A DNA stretch of 64,000 nt from Geopsychrobacteraceae bacterium (GCA_963676795.2 CAXXTB010000002.1:1024001-1088000), one strand, 5' to 3'; counted from the stretch's first letter, positions 7,850 to 18,720 are shown. The notes: generated by a model not told the origin, from the letters alone. Made by a program: numbers and translations.

Positions 7850-10507
7850 ATGAGCACAGAACTGCCTAAAGGTTATGAGCCCGCGCAGGTTGAACAGAAG
7901 TGGTTTTCCGTATGGGAAGAACGTGGCGATTTTCACGCCGATGAGAATTCGCCAAAGCCTCATTATTCCATCGTTATCCCGCCGCCGAACGTCACCGGTG
8001 TTCTGCATATGGGCCATGCCCTGAACAATACCCTGCAGGATATTCTCTGTCGCTGGAAGAGAATGACGGGTCATGAGGTTCTGTGGATGCCGGGAACAGA
8101 CCATGCCGGAATTGCGACCCAGAATGTCGTTGAAAAGCAGCTGGCGGCTGAGGGGCAGGATCGTCATGACGTTGGTCGTGAAGCTTTTATCGAACGGGTC
8201 TGGCGCTGGCGGGAGGAATCCGGCGGTCAGATTATCAATCAGCTCAAACGCCTCGGTGCCTCGTGTGACTGGCAGCGTGAGCGTTTTACCATGGACGAAG
8301 GGCTGTCAAAGGCGGTTCGTGAGGTTTTTGTCCGCCTCTACGAGGATGGTCTGATCTACCGTGACAATCGTCTGATCAACTGGTGTCCACGCTGTCATAC
8401 CGCTCTTTCCGACCTCGAAGTCGAGCATGATGATAAAAAGGGCAATCTCTGGCATCTGCGTTACCCGGTCAAGGGGACCGAACGCTATCTCGTCGTTGCA
8501 ACAACCCGTCCTGAAACCATGCTTGGTGATACCGCCGTTGCCGTCAATCCGGAGGATGAGCGTTATCAGGAGCTGATCGGCAAGATCATCCTGTTACCAC
8601 TGACCGGGCGTGAAATTCCGATCATCGCCGATGACTATGTTGACAAAGAGTTCGGTAGCGGGGCGGTCAAGATCACCCCGGCTCACGACTTCAACGACTT
8701 TGAAATCGGCAAGCGTCACGATCTGGAATTTATCAATGTTCTGGATGAGTCGGGTGTCATCAATGAGAACGGCGGAGCCTATGCGGGTCTTGAACGTTAT
8801 GAGGCGCGGAAAAAGGTGGTCGCTGACCTGGAAGCACAGGGGCTGCTCGAAAAGATCGATGATTATGCCAATGCTGTCGGTGAATGTTACCGCTGTAAAA
8901 CGATCATCGAGCCCTACATGAGCAAGCAGTGGTATGTCGCTGTCAAGCCGCTGGCCGCCGAAGCGATCAAGGCGGTCGAGGGTGGCACGACGAAGATTCT
9001 GCCGGCCCAGTGGGAAAAGACCTATTACGAGTGGATGTACAATATCCAGGACTGGTGCATCAGTCGGCAGATCTGGTGGGGACACCGGATTCCGGCCTGG
9101 TTCTGTGATGACTGCGGTGAGATCAGCGTTGCCCGTGAGGATGTCACCAGCTGTCAGCACTGCGGTAGTCAGAACCTGCAGCAGGAGACCGATGTCCTCG
9201 ATACCTGGTTTTCTTCAGCGCTCTGGCCGTTCTCGACCATGGGCTGGCCGGACCAGACCGAGACCCTGAAAAAGTTCTATCCGACCAGCTGCCTGGTCAC
9301 AGGCTTCGATATCCTGTTCTTCTGGGTGGCCCGCATGATGATGATGGGCATCAAGTTCATGGACGAGGTACCGTTTACCGAGGTTTACATCCACGCCCTG
9401 GTTCGCGATGCCCAGGGGCAGAAGATGAGCAAGAGCAAGGGGAACGTCATCGATCCGCTGACCGTCATCGACGAATACGGTGCTGATGCCTTCCGCCTGA
9501 CCCTCTGTGCGTTTGCCGCCATGGGGCGTGATATCAAGCTGTCGACCGAGCGGATCGGTGGCTATCGCAATTTCGTCAACAAGCTGTGGAACGCCAGCCG
9601 CTTCACCCTGATGAACCTTGAGGATTTCAATCCGGCAGCTCAGCAGCTCGCTGATTTTGAACTGGCAGCTGCCGATCACTGGATTCTCGAGCGTTATGCC
9701 GTTGCCGCCGCAGAGGTCAACAAGGCGCTGACCGATTACAAGTTCAATGACGCTGCCGGCCTGCTCTATTCCTTCACCTGGCATGAATTCTGTGACTGGT
9801 ACGTTGAGCTGAGCAAGGATGCCCTTTATGGAGAGAATCTGCGAGCCCGCCAGCGGACCCAGACCGTACTCTACACCGTTCTCGAGGGGTTGCTGCGCAT
9901 GCTCCACCCGATCATGCCGTTTGTCACCGAAGAGATCTGGCACGCGCTGCCGGGCGAGCGGCCGTTCGCTACGATCATGCAGGCGGACTATCCGCAGGGG
10001 GCTCTGGTTCAGACCGATGCCGCGGCCGTAGTTGAGATGGATATGGTTATGGAGGTTATCCGGGCCATCCGTAATGTTCGTGGTGAGCTGGAGGTTCCGC
10101 CCGGTAGGAAGATCGATGTCCTGCTCGATTGCAAGTCTGACGAGGTTGTGGCGGCGATGCGTAATGGGCAGGCCTACATTAACTCTCTGGCCCGCGTCGA
10201 AAATCTGGAGGTCGGGGTCAGTATTGATCGTCCAAAACAGGTTTCTACCCAGGTTGCTGGAGATGTCGAGGTGTTGTTGCCGCTTGCGGGGTTGATCGAT
10301 ATTGAAGAAGAATTGTCCCGCCTCCAGAAGGAGATTGCCAAGGTTCAGAAGGACGTTGATTTCTTCACCAGGAAGCTGAGTAACGAAAAATTTGTCTCCA
10401 ATGCGCCAGCTGCGGTCCTGGAGAAGGACCGCGCCAAGCTTGAGTCGGCACAGGAGAAGGTTGCGATTCTGCAGCAGAGCTTGGTAAAAATTGAAGCATT
10501 GAAATAA
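7850..10507 (+). CDS. valS: Valine--tRNA ligase
   Basis: PPPNVTGVLHMGH (HIGH motif), DWCISRQIWWGHRIP, KMSKS, C-terminal coiled coil. Confidence 0.98.
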   Translation: MSTELPKGYEPAQVEQKWFSVWEERGDFHADENSPKPHYSIVIPPPNVTGVLHMGHALNNTLQDILCRWKRMTGHEVLWMPGTDHAGIATQNVVEKQLAAEGQDRHDVGREAFIERVWRWREESGGQIINQLKRLGASCDWQRERFTMDEGLSKAVREVFVRLYEDGLIYRDNRLINWCPRCHTALSDLEVEHDDKKGNLWHLRYPVKGTERYLVVATTRPETMLGDTAVAVNPEDERYQELIGKIILLPLTGREIPIIADDYVDKEFGSGAVKITPAHDFNDFEIGKRHDLEFINVLDESGVINENGGAYAGLERYEARKKVVADLEAQGLLEKIDDYANAVGECYRCKTIIEPYMSKQWYVAVKPLAAEAIKAVEGGTTKILPAQWEKTYYEWMYNIQDWCISRQIWWGHRIPAWFCDDCGEISVAREDVTSCQHCGSQNLQQETDVLDTWFSSALWPFSTMGWPDQTETLKKFYPTSCLVTGFDILFFWVARMMMMGIKFMDEVPFTEVYIHALVRDAQGQKMSKSKGNVIDPLTVIDEYGADAFRLTLCAFAAMGRDIKLSTERIGGYRNFVNKLWNASRFTLMNLEDFNPAAQQLADFELAAADHWILERYAVAAAEVNKALTDYKFNDAAGLLYSFTWHEFCDWYVELSKDALYGENLRARQRTQTVLYTVLEGLLRMLHPIMPFVTEEIWHALPGERPFATIMQADYPQGALVQTDAAAVVEMDMVMEVIRAIRNVRGELEVPPGRKIDVLLDCKSDEVVAAMRNGQAYINSLARVENLEVGVSIDRPKQVSTQVAGDVEVLLPLAGLIDIEEELSRLQKEIAKVQKDVDFFTRKLSNEKFVSNAPAAVLEKDRAKLESAQEKVAILQQSLVKIEALK

Positions 10508-10510
10508 AAA

Positions 10511-10542
10511 ATCAGGCTGAAATGTCATAGTTTCAGCCTGAT
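10511..10542 (+). terminator. Hairpin after valS
   Basis: ATCAGGCTGAAA-N8-TTTCAGCCTGAT, a perfect 12-bp stem; U-tract weak. Confidence 0.6.
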
Positions 10543-10865
10543 CGATTTGCTTGTGGTAGACTTAATGCGTTTGTTTTTGCTCCAGTGGAAACAGTTTTTT
10601 GTTTTTTTCTCTACCGATGTTTAGTATACAGTATACAAGATTTTCTATTTCATGAACCAAATCGAGCAGATGCATTTACGGGAGCAGGGTCAGCACTTCA
10701 GGGGTGTGATCCGGTTTTTCCGGAAGAGTGATAATCTGGCGCGGGAAGCTTGTTGTTGTCCGCACTTTTGATGGAGAGACGGGCGGTTTTTTCGCCTGTA
10801 GCCGGTTTCGCGGAGTACCTTTATCTGAGACCGGTTGTGTTCACATTTTTGAGGGATATTGCATT

Positions 10866-11537
10866 ATGAATCTGTTGACAAGTACTGTAGGACGAAAGGT
10901 TCTGATGGCAGTCACCGGGGTGTTGCTGGTGCTGTTTATCACAGCCCACCTGCTGGGCAATCTGTCGGTATTCGCCGGGGCGGACGCGATCAATGCCTAT
11001 GCGAAGCACCTTCACGATCTGGGCCCGCTGGTCTGGGTTTTCCGCCTGGTGATGCTGGTTCTGTTTGCCGTTCACATTACCTTCGGTGTTCAGCTTTACC
11101 TGGAGAACCGCGCGGCGACTCCGGAAAGCTATGCGGTTCAGAAGAGCCTGGTGACGACTTTTTCGGCCAAGACCATGGTTTTTACCGGGCTGATTATTCT
11201 GGCTTTTCTGATCTACCACCTGCTCCATTTCACCGTTCAGGTGACCAACCCAGAGATTTCTGCAAAGAATCTACCTCTCATTGACGGCCATCTCGATGTC
11301 TATTCGATGGTTGTCTACAGCTTCCAGAAGGTGGCGATCGCAGTTGTCTATATCGTCGCTATGATTGCCCTGTTTCTGCATTTGAGCCACGGAATTTCCA
11401 GCTGGGTTCAGACTCTGGGCTGGAGCACCGGCGGCAGTCAGGATAAAGTGACTGTCATCGGTAAGCTTCTGGCTATTGTTTACGGTCTGGCCTACATCGC
11501 CATTCCGGTCTTCATTCTTGCTCATTTTGTGAAATAG
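10866..11537 (+). CDS. sdhC: Succinate dehydrogenase/fumarate reductase cytochrome b subunit
   Basis: [11 protein letters not shown], multiple TM helices with heme-ligand His (AHLLGN, AVHI, YHLLHF, LHLSHG); first gene of the operon; start taken as ATG 10866. Confidence 0.9.
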   Translation: MNLLTSTVGRKVLMAVTGVLLVLFITAHLLGNLSVFAGADAINAYAKHLHDLGPLVWVFRLVMLVLFAVHITFGVQLYLENRAATPESYAVQKSLVTTFSAKTMVFTGLIILAFLIYHLLHFTVQVTNPEISAKNLPLIDGHLDVYSMVVYSFQKVAIAVVYIVAMIALFLHLSHGISSWVQTLGWSTGGSQDKVTVIGKLLAIVYGLAYIAIPVFILAHFVK

Positions 11538-11547
11538 GGGGCTTATT

Positions 11548-13464
11548 GTGATTCTCGACGGCAAAGCACCTACAGGACCGATTGAATCTTCCTGGGATAA
11601 ACATCGTTTCGATATGAAACTGGTCAATCCGGCGAATAAACGTAAATTCAAAATTCTTGTTGTTGGTACCGGTCTGGCTGGTGCATCGGCAGCCGCCTCA
11701 CTGGGCGAACTTGGTTACAACGTTGAGGCCTTCTGTTATCAGGACAGCCCGCGTCGTGCCCACAGTATCGCGGCTCAGGGTGGTATCAACGCGGCCAAGA
11801 ACTATCCGAACGACGGTGACAGCATCTATCGTCTGTTCTACGATACCGTCAAAGGTGGCGACTTCCGTGCCCGTGAAGCCGATGTCTGGCGTCTGGCTCA
11901 GGTCTCCAACAATATCATCGACCAGTGTGTCGCCCAGGGTGTTCCATTTGCCCGCGACTACGCCGGTTACCTCGATAATCGTTCCTTCGGTGGTGCTCAG
12001 GTTTCGCGGACCTTCTACGCCCGTGGTCAGACCGGTCAGCAGCTGCTGCTCGGTGCCTATTCGGCACTCTCACGGCAGATCAAGAACAAGACGGTCAAGA
12101 TGTTCGCCCGTCGCGAAATGCTCGACCTGGTCGTTGTCGACGGTGTTGCCAAAGGGATCACCTGCCGTAATCTGACAACTGGTGAGATTGAGTCCTACTG
12201 GGGCGATGCCGTTGTCCTGGCGACCGGTGGTTTCGTCAATGTCTTCTATCTGTCGACCAACGCCATGGGCTGTAGCGTCACCGCAGCATGGAAGGCGTCC
12301 AAGAAGGGTGCCTACATGGCTAACCCATGTTACACCCAGATCCACCCGACCTGTATCCCGCAGCACGGTGACAAGCAGTCGAAGCTGACCCTGATGTCCG
12401 AGTCGTTGCGTAACGACGGTCGTGTCTGGGTCCCTAAAAAAGCCGAGGACTGCGGCAAACATCCGAATGAAGTTGCGGATGAGGATCGTGACTACTATCT
12501 CGAGCGCAAGTACCCGTCCTTCGGTAACCTGGCTCCGCGTGACATCGCTTCGCGTGCTGCCAAGGAGCAGTGTGATGACGGCCGTGGTGTCGGCGATACC
12601 AAGCGCGGGGTTTTCCTCGATTTTAAATCGGCGATCGACCGGGTTGGTGAAGAGACCATCGCCCAGCGTTACGGCAACCTGTTCGAGATGTATGAAAAGA
12701 TCACTGCAGAGAACGCTTACCAGCGTCCGATGCGGATCTATCCGGCCCCTCACTACTCCATGGGTGGTCTGTGGGTCGATTACCAGTGCATGAGCAACGT
12801 TCCGGGGCTGTTTGTCATCGGTGAAGCGAACTTCTCGGTACACGGTGCCAACCGTCTCGGTGCCTCGGCACTGATGCAGGGGCTGGCTGACGGTTACTTC
12901 GTTCTGCCTTACACCATTGCTCCTTACCTGGCTTCACTGACTCCGGGTCAAGTGACTGACGAGCACGATGCCTTCAAAGAATCTGCCGAAGAGGTTCAGG
13001 GGCAGATCGACAAGATGCTCGGCATCAAAGGCAAGAAGACTGTTGGTGAACTGCACCGCGAGCTTGGCCACGTCATGTGGGAAGATGTCGGTATGGCGCG
13101 TAGCGATGCCAGCCTCAAGCACGCACTCAAGCGGATTCCTGAGATCCGTGATGAGTTCTGGAACAACGTCAATGTCACCGGTGGTCCCGGTGAGCTGAAT
13201 CAGCAGCTTGAAAACGCCGGTCGTCTGGCTGACTTCCTCGAGTTCGCCGAAATGATGACCAAGGATGCCCTGCATCGTGAAGAGTCCTGTGGCGGACACT
13301 TCCGGACTGAGCACCAGACCGACGATGGCGAAGCGATGCGTGACGATGAGAACTTCTGTTACGTTGCCGCCTGGGAATACAAAGGGGTTGGTAAAGAGCC
13401 TGAGCTGCACAAGGAACCCCTCAAATTCGACAACGTCAAGCTTGCTGTGAGGAGTTATAAATAA
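11548..13464 (+). CDS. sdhA: Succinate dehydrogenase/fumarate reductase flavoprotein subunit
   Basis: [50 protein letters not shown]. Confidence 0.95.
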   Translation: MILDGKAPTGPIESSWDKHRFDMKLVNPANKRKFKILVVGTGLAGASAAASLGELGYNVEAFCYQDSPRRAHSIAAQGGINAAKNYPNDGDSIYRLFYDTVKGGDFRAREADVWRLAQVSNNIIDQCVAQGVPFARDYAGYLDNRSFGGAQVSRTFYARGQTGQQLLLGAYSALSRQIKNKTVKMFARREMLDLVVVDGVAKGITCRNLTTGEIESYWGDAVVLATGGFVNVFYLSTNAMGCSVTAAWKASKKGAYMANPCYTQIHPTCIPQHGDKQSKLTLMSESLRNDGRVWVPKKAEDCGKHPNEVADEDRDYYLERKYPSFGNLAPRDIASRAAKEQCDDGRGVGDTKRGVFLDFKSAIDRVGEETIAQRYGNLFEMYEKITAENAYQRPMRIYPAPHYSMGGLWVDYQCMSNVPGLFVIGEANFSVHGANRLGASALMQGLADGYFVLPYTIAPYLASLTPGQVTDEHDAFKESAEEVQGQIDKMLGIKGKKTVGELHRELGHVMWEDVGMARSDASLKHALKRIPEIRDEFWNNVNVTGGPGELNQQLENAGRLADFLEFAEMMTKDALHREESCGGHFRTEHQTDDGEAMRDDENFCYVAAWEYKGVGKEPELHKEPLKFDNVKLAVRSYK

Positions 13465-14219
13465 TGAACCTGACATTACATGTATGGCGCCAGAAGGGGC
13501 CACAGGATAAAGGGAAGCTGGAGACCTATGAGGTTACCGGCGTCAGTGAGGATGAGTCCTTTCTCGAGATGCTTGACGAACTGAACGACAAGCTGATCAA
13601 GGAAGGCAAGGATCCGATCGCTTTCGATCACGACTGTCGTGAGGGGATCTGTGGTATGTGTTCGCAGGTCATTAACGGACGTCCTCACGGTCATCAGGAT
13701 CGTACCACCGTCTGTCAGCTGCACATGCGCGAGTTCAAAGACGGTGACGAGATCTTCGTCGAGCCGTGGCGTGCCAGGGCTTTTCCGATCATCAAAGACC
13801 TGGTTGTCGACCGCAGTGCGCTTGACGTGATCATGCAGGCCGGTGGTTACACCTCCTGTCATACCGGCGGTGTTGCCGATGGTAACGCGCTGCTGATCGG
13901 CAAACCGGTTGCCGATTACGCTATGGACGCCGCCGAGTGTATCGGTTGTGGTGCCTGTATCGCTGCCTGTCCGAACAGCTCGGCGATGCTCTTCACCAGC
14001 GCCAAGGTTGCTCAGTTGGCCGCTCTGCCTCAGGGCAAGCCGGAAGCCCGCAAGCGGGTCAAGGCGATGACCCAGGCCCTGCTGGATGAAGGCTTCGGTA
14101 ACTGTACCAATCACTACGAGTGTGAAGCGGCCTGCCCGAAAGGGATCAGCGTCAAGTTCATCGCCAAGCTGAACCGTGAGTATCTCAAATCGATGCTGCC
14201 GAGTTCCAGGGAAAAATAA
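13464..14219 (+). CDS. sdhB: Succinate dehydrogenase/fumarate reductase iron-sulfur subunit
   Basis: CREGICGMC, CIGCGACIAACP, CTNHYECEAACP clusters. Confidence 0.95.
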   Translation: MNLTLHVWRQKGPQDKGKLETYEVTGVSEDESFLEMLDELNDKLIKEGKDPIAFDHDCREGICGMCSQVINGRPHGHQDRTTVCQLHMREFKDGDEIFVEPWRARAFPIIKDLVVDRSALDVIMQAGGYTSCHTGGVADGNALLIGKPVADYAMDAAECIGCGACIAACPNSSAMLFTSAKVAQLAALPQGKPEARKRVKAMTQALLDEGFGNCTNHYECEAACPKGISVKFIAKLNREYLKSMLPSSREK

Positions 14220-14241
14220 GCACGTAAAATTCGCTGTATTG

Positions 14242-14272
14242 AAAGCGGGCCTTCTAGGTCCGCTTTTTTTTT
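14242..14272 (+). terminator. Intrinsic terminator of the sdh operon
   Basis: AAAGCGGGCC-TTCTA-GGTCCGCTTTTTTTTT. Confidence 0.85.
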
Positions 14273-14329
14273 GCTATTTTAGCTGCTGACTCTGATCACA
14301 CAAACTCTGTCAGTGAGAAGTTCAGGACC

Positions 14330-15922
14330 ATGTTCAGGCTTTTTTCAAAACGCACCCTTGGCGGTGCCGATAAGGCGGCAGGAAAAGCGACCGAGCAGCA
14401 GCTGTTGCCGTTTGTGTCTGAACATGACCGGGGGATGCTGGCCAACCTGGCAGACCTCGGACTGTTGGCAAATCTGCAGCAGAAAACGTTGCAGGGACTG
14501 GAAGGCCTGAAATTCTCGCTTAACGCTTCGACCATTGTTCTGCTCCTTGAATCCTCCGGAGTTGGCGATTTTTCCATTTACGCTGCGGTCAGTGAACGGC
14601 GGATTCTTACTCAGGGGGACTTTGCTGCCGGGTTTGGGGTTCTCGGTTCGTTGAAGAGCTGTTCTGAACTGTCGCTCGCCCCCTACCGGCCGGGCCATCC
14701 TCCCATCCCATATCAGGTGCAGTCGGTTTGTCCCGGCTACTTCTTTGCTCAACGTTTTGACTGGCATCGGCCTGGATCCGAGGAGAGTCAGAAAGCGATT
14801 CTCTGCATTGAGCGCGATGCAACTACGCCTCTTGACGCGGCTGCGAAGCGTCTGATCACATTGCACATGGAGCAAATTGATTATCAGGTCGGACTGTGCC
14901 GTGAGTTGATTGCTGCCGAGTTTGAACGGCAGTCGTTGTTTCAGGCTTTCAGCGGCTTGCACCTGCTGACTCCGGCCTATGATCTGCAGAGTGTCTTCGC
15001 TGCGGCGGGCAAAGCGGTCAGGCTGATCGTTGATGTCGAGCAGTTGGCCTTCAGTTTTGTCGAGGATGATTGTCATCGTTTTCAGTATCTGGACGGACCG
15101 CTCGGCAAAGAGCTGGTTCAGGAATCGTATCTCCTGGAGGATTCGCTGATCGGTCAGGCGGTCAAATACCGCCGGGTCGTGCCTGAACAGCTTGGCAATC
15201 CCGGTCATTTCAGGGTGGTGAATGGCACAAAATGCTTCGATCAATTCCATTCGCTGATGATTCTGCCCCTGGTTCTGGACGCGAAAAAAGTGCTCGGGGT
15301 CATGCTGCTTGCGGCCCGCACAGCGGGGGCTTTCAATCGTCATCAGCGGGACCTGATCGGTCTGATCGTGTCTCAACTGGCGATCAAGGTTGACCTCGCT
15401 CTGGCAAATGAACAGATCAACAGGATGTCGCTGACCGACGCCCTGACCGGTATAGCGAATCGCAGGGCTTTTGAGCGCGGTTTCGAGGCGATCTATGAGC
15501 GTGCCCTGAGACGGGAAGGCCAGTTCAGTCTGATCATCTGTGACATCGACTATTTCAAACGGATCAACGATGTTTATGGCCACAGCTGTGGCGATATGGT
15601 TCTCAAACAGGTCTCCAGGCAGTTGCAGACGGTTGTCCGCAGCGGTGACCTGGCCGCGCGCGTCGGCGGTGAAGAATTTGTTGTGCTGCTCGAAGACAGC
15701 AGTGAATCCGGAGCGAGAGATGTGGCAGAACGTCTGCGTCGCCAGGTCGAGGCCCTGCCGCTCTATTGGCAGGGGGAGGTACTGCAGGTGACCATGTCTT
15801 TCGGGGTTGCCTGTTATCCCAAGGCGGGCAGGGAGCCACAGCAGCTTTACGAGTTGGCGGACAAGGCGCTCTATCGTGCCAAGCAAAGGGGTAGAAACAG
15901 ATCTCTGCTGTGGAAAGAATAG
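14330..15922 (+). CDS. GAF-containing diguanylate cyclase (GGEEF)
   Basis: TDALTGIANRR, DIDYFKRINDVYGHSCGD, RSGD I-site, GGEEF; upstream GAF-like segment (SLMILPLV...GVMLL...FNRHQRDL). Confidence 0.9.
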   Translation: MFRLFSKRTLGGADKAAGKATEQQLLPFVSEHDRGMLANLADLGLLANLQQKTLQGLEGLKFSLNASTIVLLLESSGVGDFSIYAAVSERRILTQGDFAAGFGVLGSLKSCSELSLAPYRPGHPPIPYQVQSVCPGYFFAQRFDWHRPGSEESQKAILCIERDATTPLDAAAKRLITLHMEQIDYQVGLCRELIAAEFERQSLFQAFSGLHLLTPAYDLQSVFAAAGKAVRLIVDVEQLAFSFVEDDCHRFQYLDGPLGKELVQESYLLEDSLIGQAVKYRRVVPEQLGNPGHFRVVNGTKCFDQFHSLMILPLVLDAKKVLGVMLLAARTAGAFNRHQRDLIGLIVSQLAIKVDLALANEQINRMSLTDALTGIANRRAFERGFEAIYERALRREGQFSLIICDIDYFKRINDVYGHSCGDMVLKQVSRQLQTVVRSGDLAARVGGEEFVVLLEDSSESGARDVAERLRRQVEALPLYWQGEVLQVTMSFGVACYPKAGREPQQLYELADKALYRAKQRGRNRSLLWKE

Positions 15923-15998
15923 CTTTTTAGCAATATGCATCGACAGGACTGTTGTTATTGTCTAATGTGAATTATTGAATATGGAAAGGGCTCACACT

Positions 15999-17306
15999 AT
16001 GCGTTTCTTTACCCTGCTGCTGTTGGTGTTCCTCTGCTCTGCTCCGCTGTCCGTTTCAGCCGTCGAGCGCAGGACCCCGATCGTGACGGCAGTCGCGAAA
16101 GCTGGACCGGCGGTTGTCAATATCCGCACGGAGCAGATTGTCCAGCGGCGGAGCAGCCCATATTTCGGTTTTGGCGATTCTCTCTTCGATCAGTTTTTTC
16201 AGGATATGATGGCGCCGCGCAGCTATAAAACCCAGTCGCTTGGTTCCGGGGTTATCATCGATCCTGATGGACATATCCTGACCAATGCCCATGTTGTTGA
16301 TAAGGCCTCGAAGATTTACGTCGCCCTGACCGGGAATGATCGTGAGCTCGAGGCGCAACTGGTCGGTCAGGACGAGCGCGTCGATCTGGCCGTGCTCAAG
16401 ATTGTCGACAAGGGGCAGTATCCTTTCCTGGCACCTGGTCGTTCCGACGACCTGCTGCTTGGTGAGACCGTCATTGCCATCGGCAACCCGCTGGGGCTGG
16501 GGCATTCGATTACAACCGGGATTGTCAGCTCGCTGAACCGGCGGATTCAGATCTCTTCCCAGCTCTCATCGCTCTTCATACAGACCGATGCGTTGATCAA
16601 TCCCGGCAATTCCGGCGGACCGCTGATCAATATCAACGGTGAGCTGATCGGCATCAATACAGCTATCGCCAAGCAGGCGCAGGGGATCGGTTTCTCGATC
16701 CCGATCGATACAGCCAGGCGCGTTGTTGAGGATCTGATAACATTCGGCCGTGTCAGGCACGGTTTCCTCGGTGTTCTCGCTGCTGATGTCAGCGCCCGTT
16801 TCATCAGTTCCTACGGAACCGGAGGCGCTCTGGTCGAGGAGTTCCTCCCCGGTTCACCGGCATTCAAGGCAGGGATACAGGTTGCCGACGTGATTCTGGC
16901 GATCGACGGTGTCGCCGTCGCGTCGAACGATCAGTATCTTTCTCTGATTCAGACCTATACGCCCGGTGATCGTGTCAGAATAAACCTGCTCAGGGGAGAG
17001 CGTAAAATGGAGACTGAGGTTGTCCTGACGGCCCTGCCGAGCGGTTTTGAGCAGAGTTACGCCCGGCAGATATTTGGTTTTTCCCTGAATGAAGATGTCG
17101 ATGGGCTGATCCTCAGCGAGGTTGTCAAGGGCTCTGCCGCCGAACGTGTCGGCTTGGCCAGGGGGGATCGCCTGGTCAAGCTTGAGGATGAAGCTGTCAG
17201 GAATCTTGAAGAATTCAGCAGGGCCGTTGAAGATAGGATCGGCCGTAAACCGCTGACATTTACCATTGTCCGTGATAAATATGCCTATCTGGTGAACCTA
17301 CCTTGA
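15999..17306 (+). CDS. HtrA/DegP-family periplasmic serine protease with PDZ domains
   Basis: Signal peptide; GSGVII, TNAHVV, DLAVLKI, QTDALINPGNSGGPL; two PDZ-like C-terminal domains. Confidence 0.92.
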   Translation: MRFFTLLLLVFLCSAPLSVSAVERRTPIVTAVAKAGPAVVNIRTEQIVQRRSSPYFGFGDSLFDQFFQDMMAPRSYKTQSLGSGVIIDPDGHILTNAHVVDKASKIYVALTGNDRELEAQLVGQDERVDLAVLKIVDKGQYPFLAPGRSDDLLLGETVIAIGNPLGLGHSITTGIVSSLNRRIQISSQLSSLFIQTDALINPGNSGGPLININGELIGINTAIAKQAQGIGFSIPIDTARRVVEDLITFGRVRHGFLGVLAADVSARFISSYGTGGALVEEFLPGSPAFKAGIQVADVILAIDGVAVASNDQYLSLIQTYTPGDRVRINLLRGERKMETEVVLTALPSGFEQSYARQIFGFSLNEDVDGLILSEVVKGSAAERVGLARGDRLVKLEDEAVRNLEEFSRAVEDRIGRKPLTFTIVRDKYAYLVNLP

Positions 17307-17328
17307 TGTGTGCAGATAGAGGGAAGCT

Positions 17329-17871
17329 ATGAATGTCAAATTGTTGTTCAGACTGCTGATCGGAATTGCCCTGGTGCTGATGCTCTTTGCCTGCAAGGAT
17401 GAATCCCGGACTCCCGCGGCGACACAGGGCGCTGTAAGCGAGCAGGATAAACGCCTGGCACCCGATTTCGAGCTGAAGGACGTCAACGGCCAGGTTGTGC
17501 GCCTTTCGCAGTTCAAGGGGCAGGTCGTGATTCTCAACTTCTGGGCGACCTGGTGCCCGCCCTGCCGTGAGGAGATGCCGTCCATGGAGGCTCTGCATCG
17601 CAAGTTCGCTGATAAAGGGCTGGTCATGCTCGCGGTCAACGTCGAAGAGAATGGCCCTCAGCTGGTTCCGGAATTTCTCAGAAGCAATCCGTACAGTTTC
17701 CGGATTCTTTATGATAGCGAGGCCAGGGTGCAGAACCTTTACGGGGTTTTCCGTTACCCAGAGACCTTTATCATCGATCGTAACGGCAACATCGTCGAAA
17801 AGGTGATCGGCTCTCACGATTGGATGAGGGGCGAAGCCTACAAACTGATCGACTTTCTCCTGAACGGCTGA
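17329..17871 (+). CDS. TlpA/ResA-family thiol-disulfide oxidoreductase (lipoprotein)
   Basis: Lipobox LFAC; APDFEL, LNFWATWCPPCREEMP, YPETFIIDRNG. Confidence 0.9.
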   Translation: MNVKLLFRLLIGIALVLMLFACKDESRTPAATQGAVSEQDKRLAPDFELKDVNGQVVRLSQFKGQVVILNFWATWCPPCREEMPSMEALHRKFADKGLVMLAVNVEENGPQLVPEFLRSNPYSFRILYDSEARVQNLYGVFRYPETFIIDRNGNIVEKVIGSHDWMRGEAYKLIDFLLNG

Positions 17872-17876
17872 TCTCG

Positions 17877-18626
17877 ATGCTCTCTTCCGCTTCCGACGTC
17901 AGCCTCTGGCTGGCTTTTTCCGCAGGGCTGCTCTCTTTTTTTTCTCCCTGCGTTCTGCCCCTGATTCCGTCCTACCTGACCTATATATCCGGTCTGTCTT
18001 TTGCTCAGCTCAAGGACGATCATCCGGGAACCAGGGTCAGGTTGCTCGTAGCTCTGCATTCCCTGCTGTTTATCCTCGGCTTTTCGGCTGTCTTTATCCT
18101 GCTTGGAGCCTTGGCCGGGCTGGCTTCGGCCTCGTTCCACATCTATCTGCGCGACGGACTGGGCTGGATTCAGAAGGTCGGTGGAGTGCTGATCTTTCTC
18201 TTCGGTGTGCACTTGAGCGGACTGTTTCATTTCGGTGTCTTGCTCGGAGAAAAACGCGTTCAGCTGCGTAACAAGCCGACCGGTGCAGTCGGCACCTTCT
18301 TTGTCGGGGTCGCTTTTGCCGCGGGCTGGACCCCCTGCATCGGGCCGATCCTCGGGGCCATTCTGGCGATTGCTGCGAGCAGTTCGGGAGGGGTCGCCAA
18401 GGGGGTATTGCTGCTGATCGTCTACTCTGCCGGCCTTGGTGTGCCGTTCCTGCTTTCCGGCCTGCTGTTTCATGGTTTCTTAAGCCTCTTTCAACGTTTC
18501 AAGGCCTATCTGCGGCTTGTCGAGGTTGTGACCGGCGTGCTGCTTATGGTTGTCGGCGTTCTTCTGTTCTTCGATCTGTTCACCCGGATTGCCGGTTATC
18601 TTTACCGCATTCTTCCTGTTGCATAG
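17877..18626 (+). CDS. ccdA: Cytochrome c biogenesis protein CcdA
   Basis: AGLLSFFSPCVLPLIPSYL and WTPCIGPILG motifs; hydrophobic. Confidence 0.9.
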   Translation: MLSSASDVSLWLAFSAGLLSFFSPCVLPLIPSYLTYISGLSFAQLKDDHPGTRVRLLVALHSLLFILGFSAVFILLGALAGLASASFHIYLRDGLGWIQKVGGVLIFLFGVHLSGLFHFGVLLGEKRVQLRNKPTGAVGTFFVGVAFAAGWTPCIGPILGAILAIAASSSGGVAKGVLLLIVYSAGLGVPFLLSGLLFHGFLSLFQRFKAYLRLVEVVTGVLLMVVGVLLFFDLFTRIAGYLYRILPVA

Positions 18627-18680
18627 AACGGCCCACTCACCAAGTTTCTCTTGATCTTTAACGGTGTATCCTATAGTTTT

Positions 18681-18697
18681 CTGAAAGTTATTTTCAA
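18681..18697 (+). promoter_or_regulatory. Fur box (Geobacter/Desulfuromonas-type palindrome)
   Basis: CTGAAAGTTATTTTCAA versus the recalled consensus WTGAAAATNATTTTCAW, directly upstream of fur-feoB. Confidence 0.75.
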
Positions 18698-18720
18698 TTT
18701 CCCAGACGATTGGAGTGATT

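Noticed and set aside
9215..10528. 437-aa antisense ORF
   Set aside because: Shadow of valS caused by codon bias; no motifs.
14345..15940. 531-aa antisense ORF spanning the diguanylate cyclase
   Set aside because: Mirrors the sense gene almost exactly with no recognisable domain; typical stop-free reverse frame.
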